A stretch of 64,000 nucleotides of DNA from Chthoniobacterales bacterium (GTDB lineage: Bacteria > Verrucomicrobiota > Verrucomicrobiia > Chthoniobacterales > Chthoniobacteraceae). The DNA lies in assembly GCA_038207335.1 (NCBI GenBank), contig JBBQZX010000024.1, positions 1-64,000 of the forward strand, in the 5' to 3' direction. This document shows, piece by piece, positions 18,104 through 28,168 of the stretch. A program made the translations under genes and the position numbers. The notes under the pieces are model-generated. The model saw only the letters and a list, made by a program, of their open reading frames with translations. It was not told the DNA's origin and did no database searches. Every line of letters begins with the position of its first letter. Position 1 is the stretch's first letter.

Positions 18104-20338
18104 TCACCCGCGCTTCGTTTTGCCGCGAGAATTTCCGCCGCGAGTGGGCGGCGCGGGCTCGGGAACGATCTCGAAATCTAGTTGGCGCTTGTACGCATCG
18201 ACGCGGGCGACGATCACGCGCAGCTCGTCGCCGAGCTTGAAGCGGCGGCGCGTGCTGCGCCCGACGAACGCGAGGCGCGCGGAGTCGAACGTGTAGAAAT
18301 CCTCCGGCAGCGCGCTGACGTGGATGAGCCCGCTGACGAGCACCTCGGGCAGCTCGACGAGTAGCCCGAAGCTGCGCACGTCGATCACGACGGCGCGGAA
18401 TTCCTGCGGGTCGCGCGCGGCGAGCTGCCGCTGGAAGAACTCCATCTTTTTCAACAGCGTCGATTCCTTCTCGGCATCGGCGGAGACGCGTTCGGTCTTT
18501 GAGATATGCTCGGCGGCGTCGGCGAAATCTTTCTGCGTGCCGTTCATACCGGCCAGGATGCGGTGCACGATGAGGTCGGCGTATCGCCGGATGGGGCTCG
18601 TGAAGTGCGTGTAGTTCACCTTCGCGAGGCCGTAGTGGCCGAGCGGGTCGATGCCGTAAGCGGCGCGCTTGAGGCTCTTCAAAAACGCGAGTTTCAGCGC
18701 GTATTCCTCCGGCGTGCCTTTGATCGCTTCGAGGACTTTCTGCACCTCGCGCCGCTGCGTCATGTCGCCGGCCTGAATGCCGTAAGTCGCGGCGAGCTGT
18801 CGATACTCCGCGAGCCGCTCGGGCTCGGGTTCCTCGTGGATGCGATAGATGCCCGGCACCCCCCGCTGCTTGATCTCACGCGCGACGACCTCATTCGCCG
18901 CGAGCATGCACTCCTCGATGAGCTGGTGTGAAATATCGTTCTCCACTTTCTCCAAACGCTCGGCGCGGCCCTGGTCGTCGAGCCACACTTTCACCTCGGG
19001 AAATTCGAGGTCGAGCGAGCCCGCGGCAAAGCGGTTACGGCGCAGCAGCGAAGCGAGTTCCCACGCGGTTTCGATGCGTTCGCGCAGCGCCGGTGTCACG
19101 TCGAGCGGGACGGGTTTCGCATCGAGATGCACGCGTCCGCCGCGCTCGTAGTTCGGCGTCGGCGGGACAGGTTTGTTTTCCAAAATGGCGAACGCCTGCC
19201 GGTATGTGAGCCGCGCGGCGCTGTGGATCACCGTGCGGGAAAAGCGCGTGCTCTTGATTTTCCCCGCGCGATCGAAGTCGATGAACGCTGATGTCGTGAG
19301 CCGATCGACGCGCGCCTTCAGGCTGCAAACCCCGTTGCTGAGCCGCTCGGGGAGCATCGGGATCACTCGGTCGGCGAGGTAGGTCGAGTTGCCGCGGGCG
19401 CGCGCCTCGCGGTCGAGCGCGGTGCCGGGTCGCACGTAATGCGACACGTCCGCAATGTGGACGCCGAGCCGCCAGCCGCCGCCGGGCAGCCGCTCGACGT
19501 GGATCGCGTCGTCGAAATCCTTCGCGTCGTCCGGGTCGATCGTGATGATCATCATCGCCCGCAAATCCTCTCGCCGTGAGGATTCGCGAGGATCGACCGT
19601 CTCGGGAATCTCCTCCGCTTCGCGAAGAACGTCGATGGGAAATTCCTCCGCGAGGTGGTATTTCCGAATGATCGAAAGCATGTCCACGCCGGGGTCGGTG
19701 GCGGGGCCGAGCAGTTCGATGATTTCGCCCTCGGGATTGACGCGCGCATTTTCCCACGGGTCGAGTTTGACCACCACTTTGTCGCCGGGCTGCGGGGCCC
19801 GCGGGAGTTTCGTGGAACCGGGGTGAATGCAGACGTCGTGCGGAAATCGCGCGTCGTCGGGGGTGATGTAGGCGCTCGTTTTCCCGCGCTGATACGTGCC
19901 GACAACCGTGTCGTTCGCCTGCTCCACGATGCGAATGACGCGCCCCTCGATGCGACTGCTGTCGGCGCGCTGGTGCACACCTTCGAGCAGGAGCTGGACG
20001 ACGACTTTGTCGCCGTGCATCGCGGTGCCGGCATTTGCTTGGCTCACAAAAACGTCGGGTTGGCCCTTCTTTTCGTTGAGCACATGCGCGTTGCCGCCCG
20101 CGTGAAATTGCATCGTGCCGGTGATGAGATTCGCCGTCTCGGGCAGGATGTATCGGTCTTTGCGGATGGTCGTGATGAGCCCTTGCATCTCCATCGCCTT
20201 GAGTTCGGCGCGGAGTTCATTGCGCCGATCGGCGGAAAAACGGAGCGCCTTGGACAGCTCGACTTTATCGAGCGGCCGATACTTTGGCGCGCGCAGGAGC
20301 GTGAGGATTTGGCTTCGAAGATTTTGCGGCTTTGCCAT
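18104..20338 (-). CDS. rnr: Ribonuclease R
   Basis: TIDPDDAKDFDDA RNB motif, HFTSPIRRYADL, C-terminal S1 domain, N-terminal HTH/cold-shock domains. Confidence 0.93.
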   Translation of the reverse strand: MAKPQNLRSQILTLLRAPKYRPLDKVELSKALRFSADRRNELRAELKAMEMQGLITTIRKDRYILPETANLITGTMQFHAGGNAHVLNEKKGQPDVFVSQANAGTAMHGDKVVVQLLLEGVHQRADSSRIEGRVIRIVEQANDTVVGTYQRGKTSAYITPDDARFPHDVCIHPGSTKLPRAPQPGDKVVVKLDPWENARVNPEGEIIELLGPATDPGVDMLSIIRKYHLAEEFPIDVLREAEEIPETVDPRESSRREDLRAMMIITIDPDDAKDFDDAIHVERLPGGGWRLGVHIADVSHYVRPGTALDREARARGNSTYLADRVIPMLPERLSNGVCSLKARVDRLTTSAFIDFDRAGKIKSTRFSRTVIHSAARLTYRQAFAILENKPVPPTPNYERGGRVHLDAKPVPLDVTPALRERIETAWELASLLRRNRFAAGSLDLEFPEVKVWLDDQGRAERLEKVENDISHQLIEECMLAANEVVAREIKQRGVPGIYRIHEEPEPERLAEYRQLAATYGIQAGDMTQRREVQKVLEAIKGTPEEYALKLAFLKSLKRAAYGIDPLGHYGLAKVNYTHFTSPIRRYADLIVHRILAGMNGTQKDFADAAEHISKTERVSADAEKESTLLKKMEFFQRQLAARDPQEFRAVVIDVRSFGLLVELPEVLVSGLIHVSALPEDFYTFDSARLAFVGRSTRRRFKLGDELRVIVARVDAYKRQLDFEIVPEPAPPTRGGNSRGKTKRG

Positions 20339-20486
20339 GCCTGGATGAAGCGCACGGAACCGCCCGGAAAGCACGGCGGATATTTACCGTCGCGCGAGCA
20401 GCGGGCGCGGAGAGTTGAATTTCAAAGTTGCAATTCGGCTGGCGACCGGTAGCTGTTCGCGCAGTTACCTCCCCCCGAACTACCAA

Positions 20487-21749
20487 ATGAACTCCCCCGT
20501 TCGTATCGTCGTCGCGGCCAGCGCGATTCTCCTCGGCTCCATCGTCTCGCTTTGCGCGGGCACTTTCAGCATCAGCTCGTGGACGGGCGATGCCGACTCG
20601 GGCATCAGCTTGGGCACGAATTTCACGACTGTCGTCGACTTCAACGGCACTGGATCGACTTCAGTCAATGGCGTGAATTTCACGAACACCGGAGCATCCG
20701 GTGCGACGTATCAGCTCCTCGGCGCGAATGATACGTTCGCTAACAACGCGAATAACCTACCGCTCGGAAGCGGCTCGACTGCGCTTGCCAGCACTTTTCT
20801 TTACAGCGGCAACACCGCGGGCAATGCGAGCCTCACCATCGGAAATCTCGTCGCCGGCCAGACCTACACGACAACATGGTACAATGTCGGGTTCGGCAAT
20901 ACCGGCGATCTCCGTCAGGTGAATATCACGCCCGGCGACACCGGCATCCCCTTTCTCTACGATGAAAATCAGGCGGGGTCGGGCAATGGCAATTTGCTGA
21001 AATACACATTCGTCGCCGCGGCTCCGCAGATCACGTTCGGCTTTGATGCGGTCGTCGATGCGGACTCTTTCCATCACTACGCGCTAACGAATGCCGGGCC
21101 GAGCGGGACGAGCGCGTCGCTGCAGGCGGTGACGCCGACGTATGTCGCGCAGAGCGGAGCGAGTCCGTTTGCTCCTTTCACCGTGAAGAATAACGACCTG
21201 CTACAGACGCACCTCGCGAGCGCGGTCGGGAGCGGCGGAGATTTTGCGAAGGAAGGAACGGGCGGGGTCGCGGCGTTGACGAATGGCGCGTTTTCCATCA
21301 CCGGCACGCCCCAATCAAACCCCGAGCTCGCGACTGGCAACAATAATTCCAGCGTGCTCTTCACGCTCGACCTGACCGGCGCGCCGCAGGGCTACGATAT
21401 TTCACAGATCGTCGGCTACGGCGGCTGGAACGACCAGGGACGCGACCGCCAGCTCTACTCGATCTATTACTCGGTTGTCGGCGACAGCGGTTTCACGTTT
21501 CTCGGGACTGCGAATTTCGACAACCCGGCTAATCCCAGCCAACCATCCGCGATCAGCAGCAACTTTGACGTGTCGCTGGGCTGGGTGGATGCAATCCGCA
21601 TCGACTTTCTCAACGGGCAGGAAAATGGATACGCAGGATACGGCGAGTTCGATGTCGTAGGCGTCGCGCATGTGCCGGAACCGGGCTCGGCAGGGCTGCT
21701 GATGCTCGGGCTCGGCGCTATAATCGCGCGGCGGCGGGCACGCCGCTAG
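20487..21749 (+). CDS. PEP-CTERM sorting-domain surface protein
   Basis: Signal peptide, G/S/T/N-rich body, C-terminal VPEPGSAGLLMLGLGAIIARRRARR. Confidence 0.92.
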   Translation: MNSPVRIVVAASAILLGSIVSLCAGTFSISSWTGDADSGISLGTNFTTVVDFNGTGSTSVNGVNFTNTGASGATYQLLGANDTFANNANNLPLGSGSTALASTFLYSGNTAGNASLTIGNLVAGQTYTTTWYNVGFGNTGDLRQVNITPGDTGIPFLYDENQAGSGNGNLLKYTFVAAAPQITFGFDAVVDADSFHHYALTNAGPSGTSASLQAVTPTYVAQSGASPFAPFTVKNNDLLQTHLASAVGSGGDFAKEGTGGVAALTNGAFSITGTPQSNPELATGNNNSSVLFTLDLTGAPQGYDISQIVGYGGWNDQGRDRQLYSIYYSVVGDSGFTFLGTANFDNPANPSQPSAISSNFDVSLGWVDAIRIDFLNGQENGYAGYGEFDVVGVAHVPEPGSAGLLMLGLGAIIARRRARR

Positions 21750-21898
21750 AGCCGTTTCATTTTTTCTGTAGCCGACAATTTGACAGAGAGAGCGATGTAA
21801 TCCGCGACTTAGTCGGCCGTAATGCGCCGCGCGGATTCCCGGTTGCAGAAGGGCTCTGAATCGCTACGGACTATCACGATGCGGCCCCCGGAATTGGT

Positions 21899-22640
21899 GT
21901 GAAAAGTGACGAGCGCTCGACGAAGCGTGGCGGGAAGGTCCGTCGGCTGATCGTCGCGGCCTCGATCGCAGCGATTTTGCCCTTGCTGGCGGTGGAGGAG
22001 ACTTGGATCGGCGGGAGTTCCAGCCTTTGGAGCGGGAAAGCCAATTGGCTGGATGGCAGCGCCCCACTCGCCGGCGGCGCGACGGACCTCACGCTGCGTT
22101 TCGCCCCTGCCAACCCGAATCCCTTCCAGGCGAATAACGACCTCGGCAACCCGTTCGTCGTCAATCGGCTCGTGCTGGCCAACGATTCGACGGGCGAGCT
22201 GACCATCGGAAATATGTCCGGCGACTCGGTCGAACTCGGCGGCGCCAATGCCGGGTAAGCCTCAGTGGGACCAATTTGTTCACGGGCGGCGTGATTTTGG
22301 AGTCCGGCAATCTCGAGTTCTCGTATGGCTTGACACTGGGCGCCGGCCCACTGACGGTGAAAGGCGGGTCGGTGAGTTTGAGCGGGGGAACGGGCGGCAG
22401 CAGCGTGCTGCTTGAGAGCGATCTGCGGTTCACCGGCGGCGGGACGATCTCGGGCGTGATCGCCAGCGCGGTGGCTGGGACCGGTTTGGACCTGCGCCTC
22501 GGCGGCGCTACTTACTCGACGTAGACGCTCACCGGCGTCTCTACCTACAGCGGCGCGACCATGCTCGATCTGACGCCGATCGGCTCCCGCACGGGCTTCT
22601 CTCTAACAGGCGAACTGGCCGGAGCCGAGGGCGTCGTAGT
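21899..22640 (+). pseudogene. Degraded autotransporter-associated beta-strand-repeat protein
   Basis: Signal peptide plus 'TWIGG..WSGKANW'; frame break near 22258; 'LSGTNLFTGGVILESGNL' repeat; in-frame TAG at 22522 followed by 'TLTGVSTYSGATML'. Confidence 0.7.
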
Positions 22641-22706
22641 TTGCGATCCTCAGCCGGCCGGACTGCAGCAGCGTGCCACCGGCAAATTTGGAAAAAGAAC
22701 GCCCCA

Positions 22707-23351
22707 TCAGGCGCGGGCGGCACGGATGGCGGCGATGAAGGTGCGGGCGGTGGCTGTGAGGGCGGGCCAGTTTTGAGTCTGTAAAATGTCGCGGGAGACG
22801 AGGCTGGAGCCGACTCCGAGGGCCACGGAGCCGGCTTGGATAAAGGCTCCTACGGTCGCGGGGGTGACGCCGCCAGTCGGGATGAGACGGAGCATGGGGA
22901 GCGGCGCGAGGATGCTGCGGATGTAGGCCGGCCCGAGGAATTCGGATGGGAAGATTTTCACGAAATCCGCGCCGGACTCGTGGGCTAGCAGCGCCTCGGT
23001 CGGTGTGAATGCGCCGCTGGCGATCGGTTTGCCCAGTTCGTTGCACACGGCGATGACGGCAGGCTTCGTGACGGGCGTGACGACGAATTGCGCGCCCGCG
23101 ACAATCGCCTCCTGCGCTGTGCCGGGATCGATGACGCTGCCGACGCCGATGAAGATTTTTCCCGCGAAACGCGTGGCGATCTCGGAAATCGTGGCGAGTG
23201 CGCCGGGTGTGGTCATGGTGACCTCCATCGCGGTGACGCCGCCTGCGAGCAGAGCCTCCGCGGCCTCCACGAGATGCGCGGAGGAATCGGCGCGGATGAT
23301 CGCGATGATGCCGGGATCGAGCAGGCCGCGGAGGATTTCAGGCTTCGTCAT
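22707..23351 (-). CDS. eda: KDPG/KHG aldolase
   Basis: IIAIIR, EVTMTTP, FTPTE, VKIFP (Schiff-base lysine), PTGGV. Confidence 0.92.
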   Translation of the reverse strand: MTKPEILRGLLDPGIIAIIRADSSAHLVEAAEALLAGGVTAMEVTMTTPGALATISEIATRFAGKIFIGVGSVIDPGTAQEAIVAGAQFVVTPVTKPAVIAVCNELGKPIASGAFTPTEALLAHESGADFVKIFPSEFLGPAYIRSILAPLPMLRLIPTGGVTPATVGAFIQAGSVALGVGSSLVSRDILQTQNWPALTATARTFIAAIRAARA

Positions 23352-23369
23352 GCGGAGCGCGGCGCGGGG

Positions 23370-24434
23370 TCACTTCGCCTCAGCGGGCACGGGAGTGGGC
23401 GGTGCGACGGGAGCCGAGTTCGAGTTTTTCTTGAACATCGCGGCGCCCATTTTCACGCCCATCTTCATCATGTCCAACTGCTGCTTCTGCGCGGTCTCAA
23501 AGGCGTTCGTTTGGTCCGGCGAAAGGACGGTTCGGGCACGGGCAAGGACGCGATCGTTGAAGTCTTCGGAGCTCTGGATCAACTGATTCACGCTGTCCTC
23601 GGATTGCAGCGCCTTCATCTGCGCGCTGACGTCCTTATTGGCCGGGTCGAAAACGTTCGCGGGCGATTTCTGACGCTCTTCTTTCATGATGTTGAGGAGG
23701 CCCTGTTTTTCGTTGTCCTTCAGCGCGGTGCCGGTGGCGCTGAGGGATTGCTGGATTTGATTGAGCTGCATCCGGTCGCCGAGGCTGCGCTCGTAGTCGG
23801 TGAGCTTCGCCATTTTCGCATCGCCGAGGACGCTCTTGAGCTGCGCGTCGTACTCCTCGCGGCTTGAGGCGATCGTCTTGCCCACTTCTTCCATCTTCGC
23901 CGGGTCAGTCTCGCCACCGCCGCCGAATGCCTCCATCGATTTCGCGCTAATGGCCATCTGACGGTCAGCTAGCAACTCCATGACTCGCGTGGCTTCGTCG
24001 GGCGAAAGGCCGAGTTCTTTGGCGAGATCGGAATACATCATGCGTATGCCCATCGCCTGCTGCGCCCGCATGACTTTCTTCATCTCGGGGTCTTTGTACA
24101 TCTTTGCGATCCCGCTCATGAAATTGTTGTCCTCTTTCTTCTTCGGCTCGCCCTCTTTCGCGGGCTCGGCCGCATCCGCGGAGACGACCGCGTCGGGAGC
24201 CGCGATTTTCTCGGCGAGCTTCTTGCGCAAGTCGGTGGACTCGTTTTTGTAAATGTCGTTTTGCGCGCGGAGCTTCGCGAGTTCGTCGGCGAGGCGCGCT
24301 TGCTCGGCGGCGGCTTTTGCATCCGCGGCGGCGAGTGCATTTCGGAGCGCGGCGTTGCTCTCGTGTTGGGAGAAAGCGACGGCGCCGCAACCGATGGCGA
24401 CGACCGCAGCGAGGATGAGGGGGAGGTGCTTCAT
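23370..24434 (-). CDS. Hypothetical exported alpha-helical/coiled-coil protein
   Basis: N-terminal hydrophobic segment, coiled-coil region, host-like codon usage. Confidence 0.75.
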   Translation of the reverse strand: MKHLPLILAAVVAIGCGAVAFSQHESNAALRNALAAADAKAAAEQARLADELAKLRAQNDIYKNESTDLRKKLAEKIAAPDAVVSADAAEPAKEGEPKKKEDNNFMSGIAKMYKDPEMKKVMRAQQAMGIRMMYSDLAKELGLSPDEATRVMELLADRQMAISAKSMEAFGGGGETDPAKMEEVGKTIASSREEYDAQLKSVLGDAKMAKLTDYERSLGDRMQLNQIQQSLSATGTALKDNEKQGLLNIMKEERQKSPANVFDPANKDVSAQMKALQSEDSVNQLIQSSEDFNDRVLARARTVLSPDQTNAFETAQKQQLDMMKMGVKMGAAMFKKNSNSAPVAPPTPVPAEAK

Positions 24435-24540
24435 GGAAGCGAGAGATAGCGCTCACGGGCAACGCCGACAAGCGCGGGCGGACACTTTCAAAATCTCCGC
24501 TCGCACCGATGCCCGCGCGTCGCCATAACGACGCGTTTTC

Positions 24541-25851
24541 ATGACTTCTCTGCAACACACCCTTGGCAAGAGCGCCAGCATGAGCGGCTCGTCTCTTCAC
24601 ACCGGCGAAAGCGTGACCCTCACGCTGCATCCCGCGCCGCCCGGACATGGCCGGAAATTCAAACGCAAGGACATCGCCGACGAGCCGATCATCGACGCGA
24701 AAATCGATCTCTTAAAAACCGTCGAGCGCTCCACCACGCTCGGCGAGGGAAGCGTGAAATTACATACGGTCGAGCATGTGCTCGCCGCGCTGGCCGGCAT
24801 GGGCGTGGACAATGCGCTCATCGAGATGGACGCGAACGAACCGCCCATCGGAGACGGCAGCGCAGGGCCGTTCGTCGAACTCATCAACCGCGCGGGAATC
24901 GTCGAACAGAGCGCGCCTCGTCCCGTTTTCGAAATCAACGAGACAATCCACATCGAGACGAAAACTGGCTCGCTGATGACCATCGTGCCGGACTCCGCGT
25001 TCCGCATTTCCTGCACGCAGGTCGGGCCGGATGGACGCTTCACACAGTTCCATTCGACCGAGATCACACCCGCCATTTTCGAGAAAGAGATCGCCCCGGC
25101 GCGGACGTTCGTTTTTTACGAAGACGTGAAACCCTTGATGGACAAAGGGCTCATCAAGGGCGGCAGCCTGGAGAACGCCGTGGTCGTGCGCGGCGAATCG
25201 GTGCTGAGCAAGGAACCGTTGCGTTTCCGCGACGAATTCGTGCGGCACAAAATTTTGGACATCGTCGGCGACCTGTCGCTGTTCGGACGCGCGATCAAAG
25301 GCCACATCATTGCTGTGAAGCCGGGCCACGGGCCGAACACCGATCTGGCGCGCGCGATCGGAAAACAGTTTGCCAAAATGATGGCGCTCGTGCCGCCATC
25401 GACGACTCCAAAAGGCGGAGACGTGCTCGATGTGAATGACGTGATGAAGCTGCTGCCGCATCGCTATCCCTTCCTCATGGTCGATCGCGTGGTCGGCTTT
25501 GAGGGCGAAAATAAATGCACCGGCGTGAAGTCGGTCACGATCAACGAGCCGTTTTTTCAGGGCCACTTTCCGGGACATCCGATCATGCCCGGCGTGCTGC
25601 AAGTCGAGGCCATGGCGCAAGTCGGCTCGATCCTGTTGCTGCGGCGGCCGGGCAATGCCGGAAAGATCGGATATTTCATGAGCGCGGACTCGGTGAAATT
25701 TCGCAAGCCGGTCGCGCCGGGCGATACGCTTTTCATCGAGGTGGAGATGATTCAGGTGAAAAAACTCGTGGCGAAAGCGCGCGGTCGCTGCTTCGTGAAC
25801 GGCGAAGTGGTGAGTGAGGCGGAGATGATGTTTGGCCTCGTCGATTCGTGA
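24541..25851 (+). CDS. lpxC-fabZ: Bifunctional UDP-3-O-acyl-GlcNAc deacetylase / 3-hydroxyacyl-ACP dehydratase
   Basis: LpxC TVEH and HKILD zinc motifs, followed by FabZ LPHRYPFLMVD and GHFP..PIMPGV. Confidence 0.95.
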   Translation: MTSLQHTLGKSASMSGSSLHTGESVTLTLHPAPPGHGRKFKRKDIADEPIIDAKIDLLKTVERSTTLGEGSVKLHTVEHVLAALAGMGVDNALIEMDANEPPIGDGSAGPFVELINRAGIVEQSAPRPVFEINETIHIETKTGSLMTIVPDSAFRISCTQVGPDGRFTQFHSTEITPAIFEKEIAPARTFVFYEDVKPLMDKGLIKGGSLENAVVVRGESVLSKEPLRFRDEFVRHKILDIVGDLSLFGRAIKGHIIAVKPGHGPNTDLARAIGKQFAKMMALVPPSTTPKGGDVLDVNDVMKLLPHRYPFLMVDRVVGFEGENKCTGVKSVTINEPFFQGHFPGHPIMPGVLQVEAMAQVGSILLLRRPGNAGKIGYFMSADSVKFRKPVAPGDTLFIEVEMIQVKKLVAKARGRCFVNGEVVSEAEMMFGLVDS

Positions 25852-26627
25852 ACGCGGCGCAAATCCATCCGACTGCGATCGTCGATCCGAACGCCGAAAT
25901 CGGCGCGGATGTCCACATCGGGCCATACTGCGTAATTGAAAGCGGCGTGACGATCGGCGAAGGCTGCTGGCTGCATCATCACGTCTCGATTTGCGGGCCG
26001 ACGAAGATCGGTATCAGGAATAAATTCTACAATTTTGGCTCCATCGGGCTGCCGACGCAGGATCTCAAATACACATGCGAGCCCACGCATCTTGAGATCG
26101 GAAATGGAAACACGTTTCGCGAGTTCGTGACCGTGCATCGCGGCACTGCGCCGGGCTCGCTCACGAAAATCGGAGACGGTGGAAATTTCCTCGCCTACTC
26201 CCACATCGCGCACGACTGCGTGGTGGGAAACAACGTCATCTTTTCAAACAATGGAACGCTCGCCGGGCATGTGGAAGTGGGCGATCACGCAGTCATCGGC
26301 GGACTCACCGCAGTGCATCAGTTCTGCCGCATCGGGCAGCACGCGCTCACGGGCGGTTGCTCAAAAATCGTGCAGGACGTGCCGCCATTCATGATCGCCG
26401 ACGGCAATCCCGCGCAGGTCCGTAGCTTCAATAAAGTCGGTCTCGAGCGGCATGGCTTTTCGGAGGCCGCAATGAGGAACATCAAGGAGGCGTACCGGAT
26501 CATCTACCGCTCGAAGCTGAATTTGCAGCAGGCGATCGAGCAGATCCGAAACGACCTGCCGGAGTCGCCCGAAGTGCTCGCGCTGCTGGCATTCGTGACG
26601 AGCAGCCCGCGCGGGATCATTCGGTAA
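25848..26627 (+). CDS. lpxA: UDP-N-acetylglucosamine O-acyltransferase
   Basis: Hexapeptide repeats, QDLKY, HIAHDC, VHQFCRIG. Confidence 0.96.
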   Translation: MNAAQIHPTAIVDPNAEIGADVHIGPYCVIESGVTIGEGCWLHHHVSICGPTKIGIRNKFYNFGSIGLPTQDLKYTCEPTHLEIGNGNTFREFVTVHRGTAPGSLTKIGDGGNFLAYSHIAHDCVVGNNVIFSNNGTLAGHVEVGDHAVIGGLTAVHQFCRIGQHALTGGCSKIVQDVPPFMIADGNPAQVRSFNKVGLERHGFSEAAMRNIKEAYRIIYRSKLNLQQAIEQIRNDLPESPEVLALLAFVTSSPRGIIR

Positions 26628-26684
26628 AAATCAACGCCCGACTCACTTGCCGCGCGCGCGGCGATCTGGTACCGAACGACAATC

Positions 26685-27290
26685 ATGGCTGGAACCACGA
26701 CGGTATTTCCCGAGGAACGAATCCTGGCGCTGCGGCCGGTGATCGAGATGCAGCTCAAGGACGCCGCCGCGCGCGTGGGTGATGCGACGTTCGACGAGTT
26801 TTTCGAGGCGCCGTTGCGCGCACTCCTGATCGAAGCGTTCAACCGCGTCGGAGCCCACGAGGGAAGCGTGTGGCTGCTTGATGAAGCGCGCGAGTTTCTC
26901 GTGCCGCGCTACAATTCCGGGCCAAACGCCGCCCGCTTCGTGAACACATTCCGGCAGAGCGTGCGATCCGGAATGATCAGTATGGTCGTCGCGACGGAAC
27001 AACCCATTTGCGAAAACGGGATGTGCGAGCATCCCGGCCAAGACCGAGCGCTCAACGAGATGCTCCGCTTGGAAGCGTGCGCGATGCTCGCAGTGCCGTT
27101 CAGCTTCTTGGGCGAGTTACGGGGCGTGATTTCCTGCGTGCAGCTCAAAGCGCTCGGCAGCCCCGATCCCGATCCGCCGGGCTTTTCTCCGGATGCGCTC
27201 CGTGCTCTGCAATCCACTGCCGGCCTGCTTTCGCGGCTCGTCGAGCACCGTCTCTTTACCCTCTGTCTCGGCTTGGAGGGGATCGTTTGA
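26685..27290 (+). CDS. Stand-alone GAF-domain protein
   Basis: GSVWLLD, GMISMV..EQPI and MLAVPF..ELRGVISCV..FSPD GAF-like pattern. Confidence 0.75.
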   Translation: MAGTTTVFPEERILALRPVIEMQLKDAAARVGDATFDEFFEAPLRALLIEAFNRVGAHEGSVWLLDEAREFLVPRYNSGPNAARFVNTFRQSVRSGMISMVVATEQPICENGMCEHPGQDRALNEMLRLEACAMLAVPFSFLGELRGVISCVQLKALGSPDPDPPGFSPDALRALQSTAGLLSRLVEHRLFTLCLGLEGIV

Positions 27291-28072
27291 AGGTGTGGAT
27301 TTCGCCGGAGGAGGCGGTGCAGGCGATCAAGCGTGGAACTGGAAAAGGATTGAAAATCGCAGTGCTCGATTCGGGCATCGAGACGAGCCATCCCGCGCTC
27401 AATGGCCTCGTGCTCACGGATGACGTCGCGATCGTCGAAGACGGGCTTCGGCTTAAAACCGTGCCCGGTGAGGGGCGCGATCTTTTCGGCCACGGCACCG
27501 CCATCGCGGGCATCCTGCGGAGCATGGCGCCGGAGGCGGAGATCGGCAGCTTCCGCGTGCTGGGCGAATCGCTCGGATCACGCACCGCCGTCATCTTGGA
27601 GGGCGCGATGCTCGCGATCGAGCGCGGATACAACATTCTGAATTGCAGCCTTGGCTGCAGCGTGCAGGAGCACGTCCTGAAATATAAATGCTGGGTCGAT
27701 GAGGCGTATCTGCGCGGCATCCATGTCGTCGCTGCGTGCAATAATTACGACTTCTCCCGCCCCGAGTGGCCCGGCTTTTTCACCTCGGTCCTCACGGTGA
27801 ACATGGCGCGCACGGAGAACGACACAGACATTTTTTACAAACCCGGCAACCTCGTGGAATTCGCCGCGCGCGGGGTGGATGTCGAGGTGCCGTGGCTCGG
27901 TGGCGGGACGAAGCGCGTGACCGGCAGCAGCTTCGCGGCGCCTCGTCTCGCGGGAATGCTCGCGTGCCTGCTTTCCGAGGTGCCGAAGATCACGCCCCTC
28001 CAGGCGAAGGCGCTTTTCCACCGCTTCGCGCGTCCGTGGAATAGCGACCTCACGGCTCCCGGCCAGCAGTGA
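27287..28072 (+). CDS. S8 (subtilase) serine peptidase without signal or propeptide
   Basis: IAVLDSG (Asp), GHGTAIAG (His), TGSSFAAP (Ser); TTG start overlaps the GAF stop. Confidence 0.85.
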   Translation: MKVWISPEEAVQAIKRGTGKGLKIAVLDSGIETSHPALNGLVLTDDVAIVEDGLRLKTVPGEGRDLFGHGTAIAGILRSMAPEAEIGSFRVLGESLGSRTAVILEGAMLAIERGYNILNCSLGCSVQEHVLKYKCWVDEAYLRGIHVVAACNNYDFSRPEWPGFFTSVLTVNMARTENDTDIFYKPGNLVEFAARGVDVEVPWLGGGTKRVTGSSFAAPRLAGMLACLLSEVPKITPLQAKALFHRFARPWNSDLTAPGQQ

Positions 28073-28168
28073 TTTTCCGCTCGCCGAATGGCGCACGGGA
28101 AAAGCATCTTCACTCTCCCGCGCCCACATCACCGCTGGCCGTGACATTTCCCTAAAATCCAAACAGCC

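Noticed and set aside
24541..25851. LpxC-FabZ fusion as a novelty
   Set aside because: Known fusion in Bacteroidota, Chlorobiota and related lineages.
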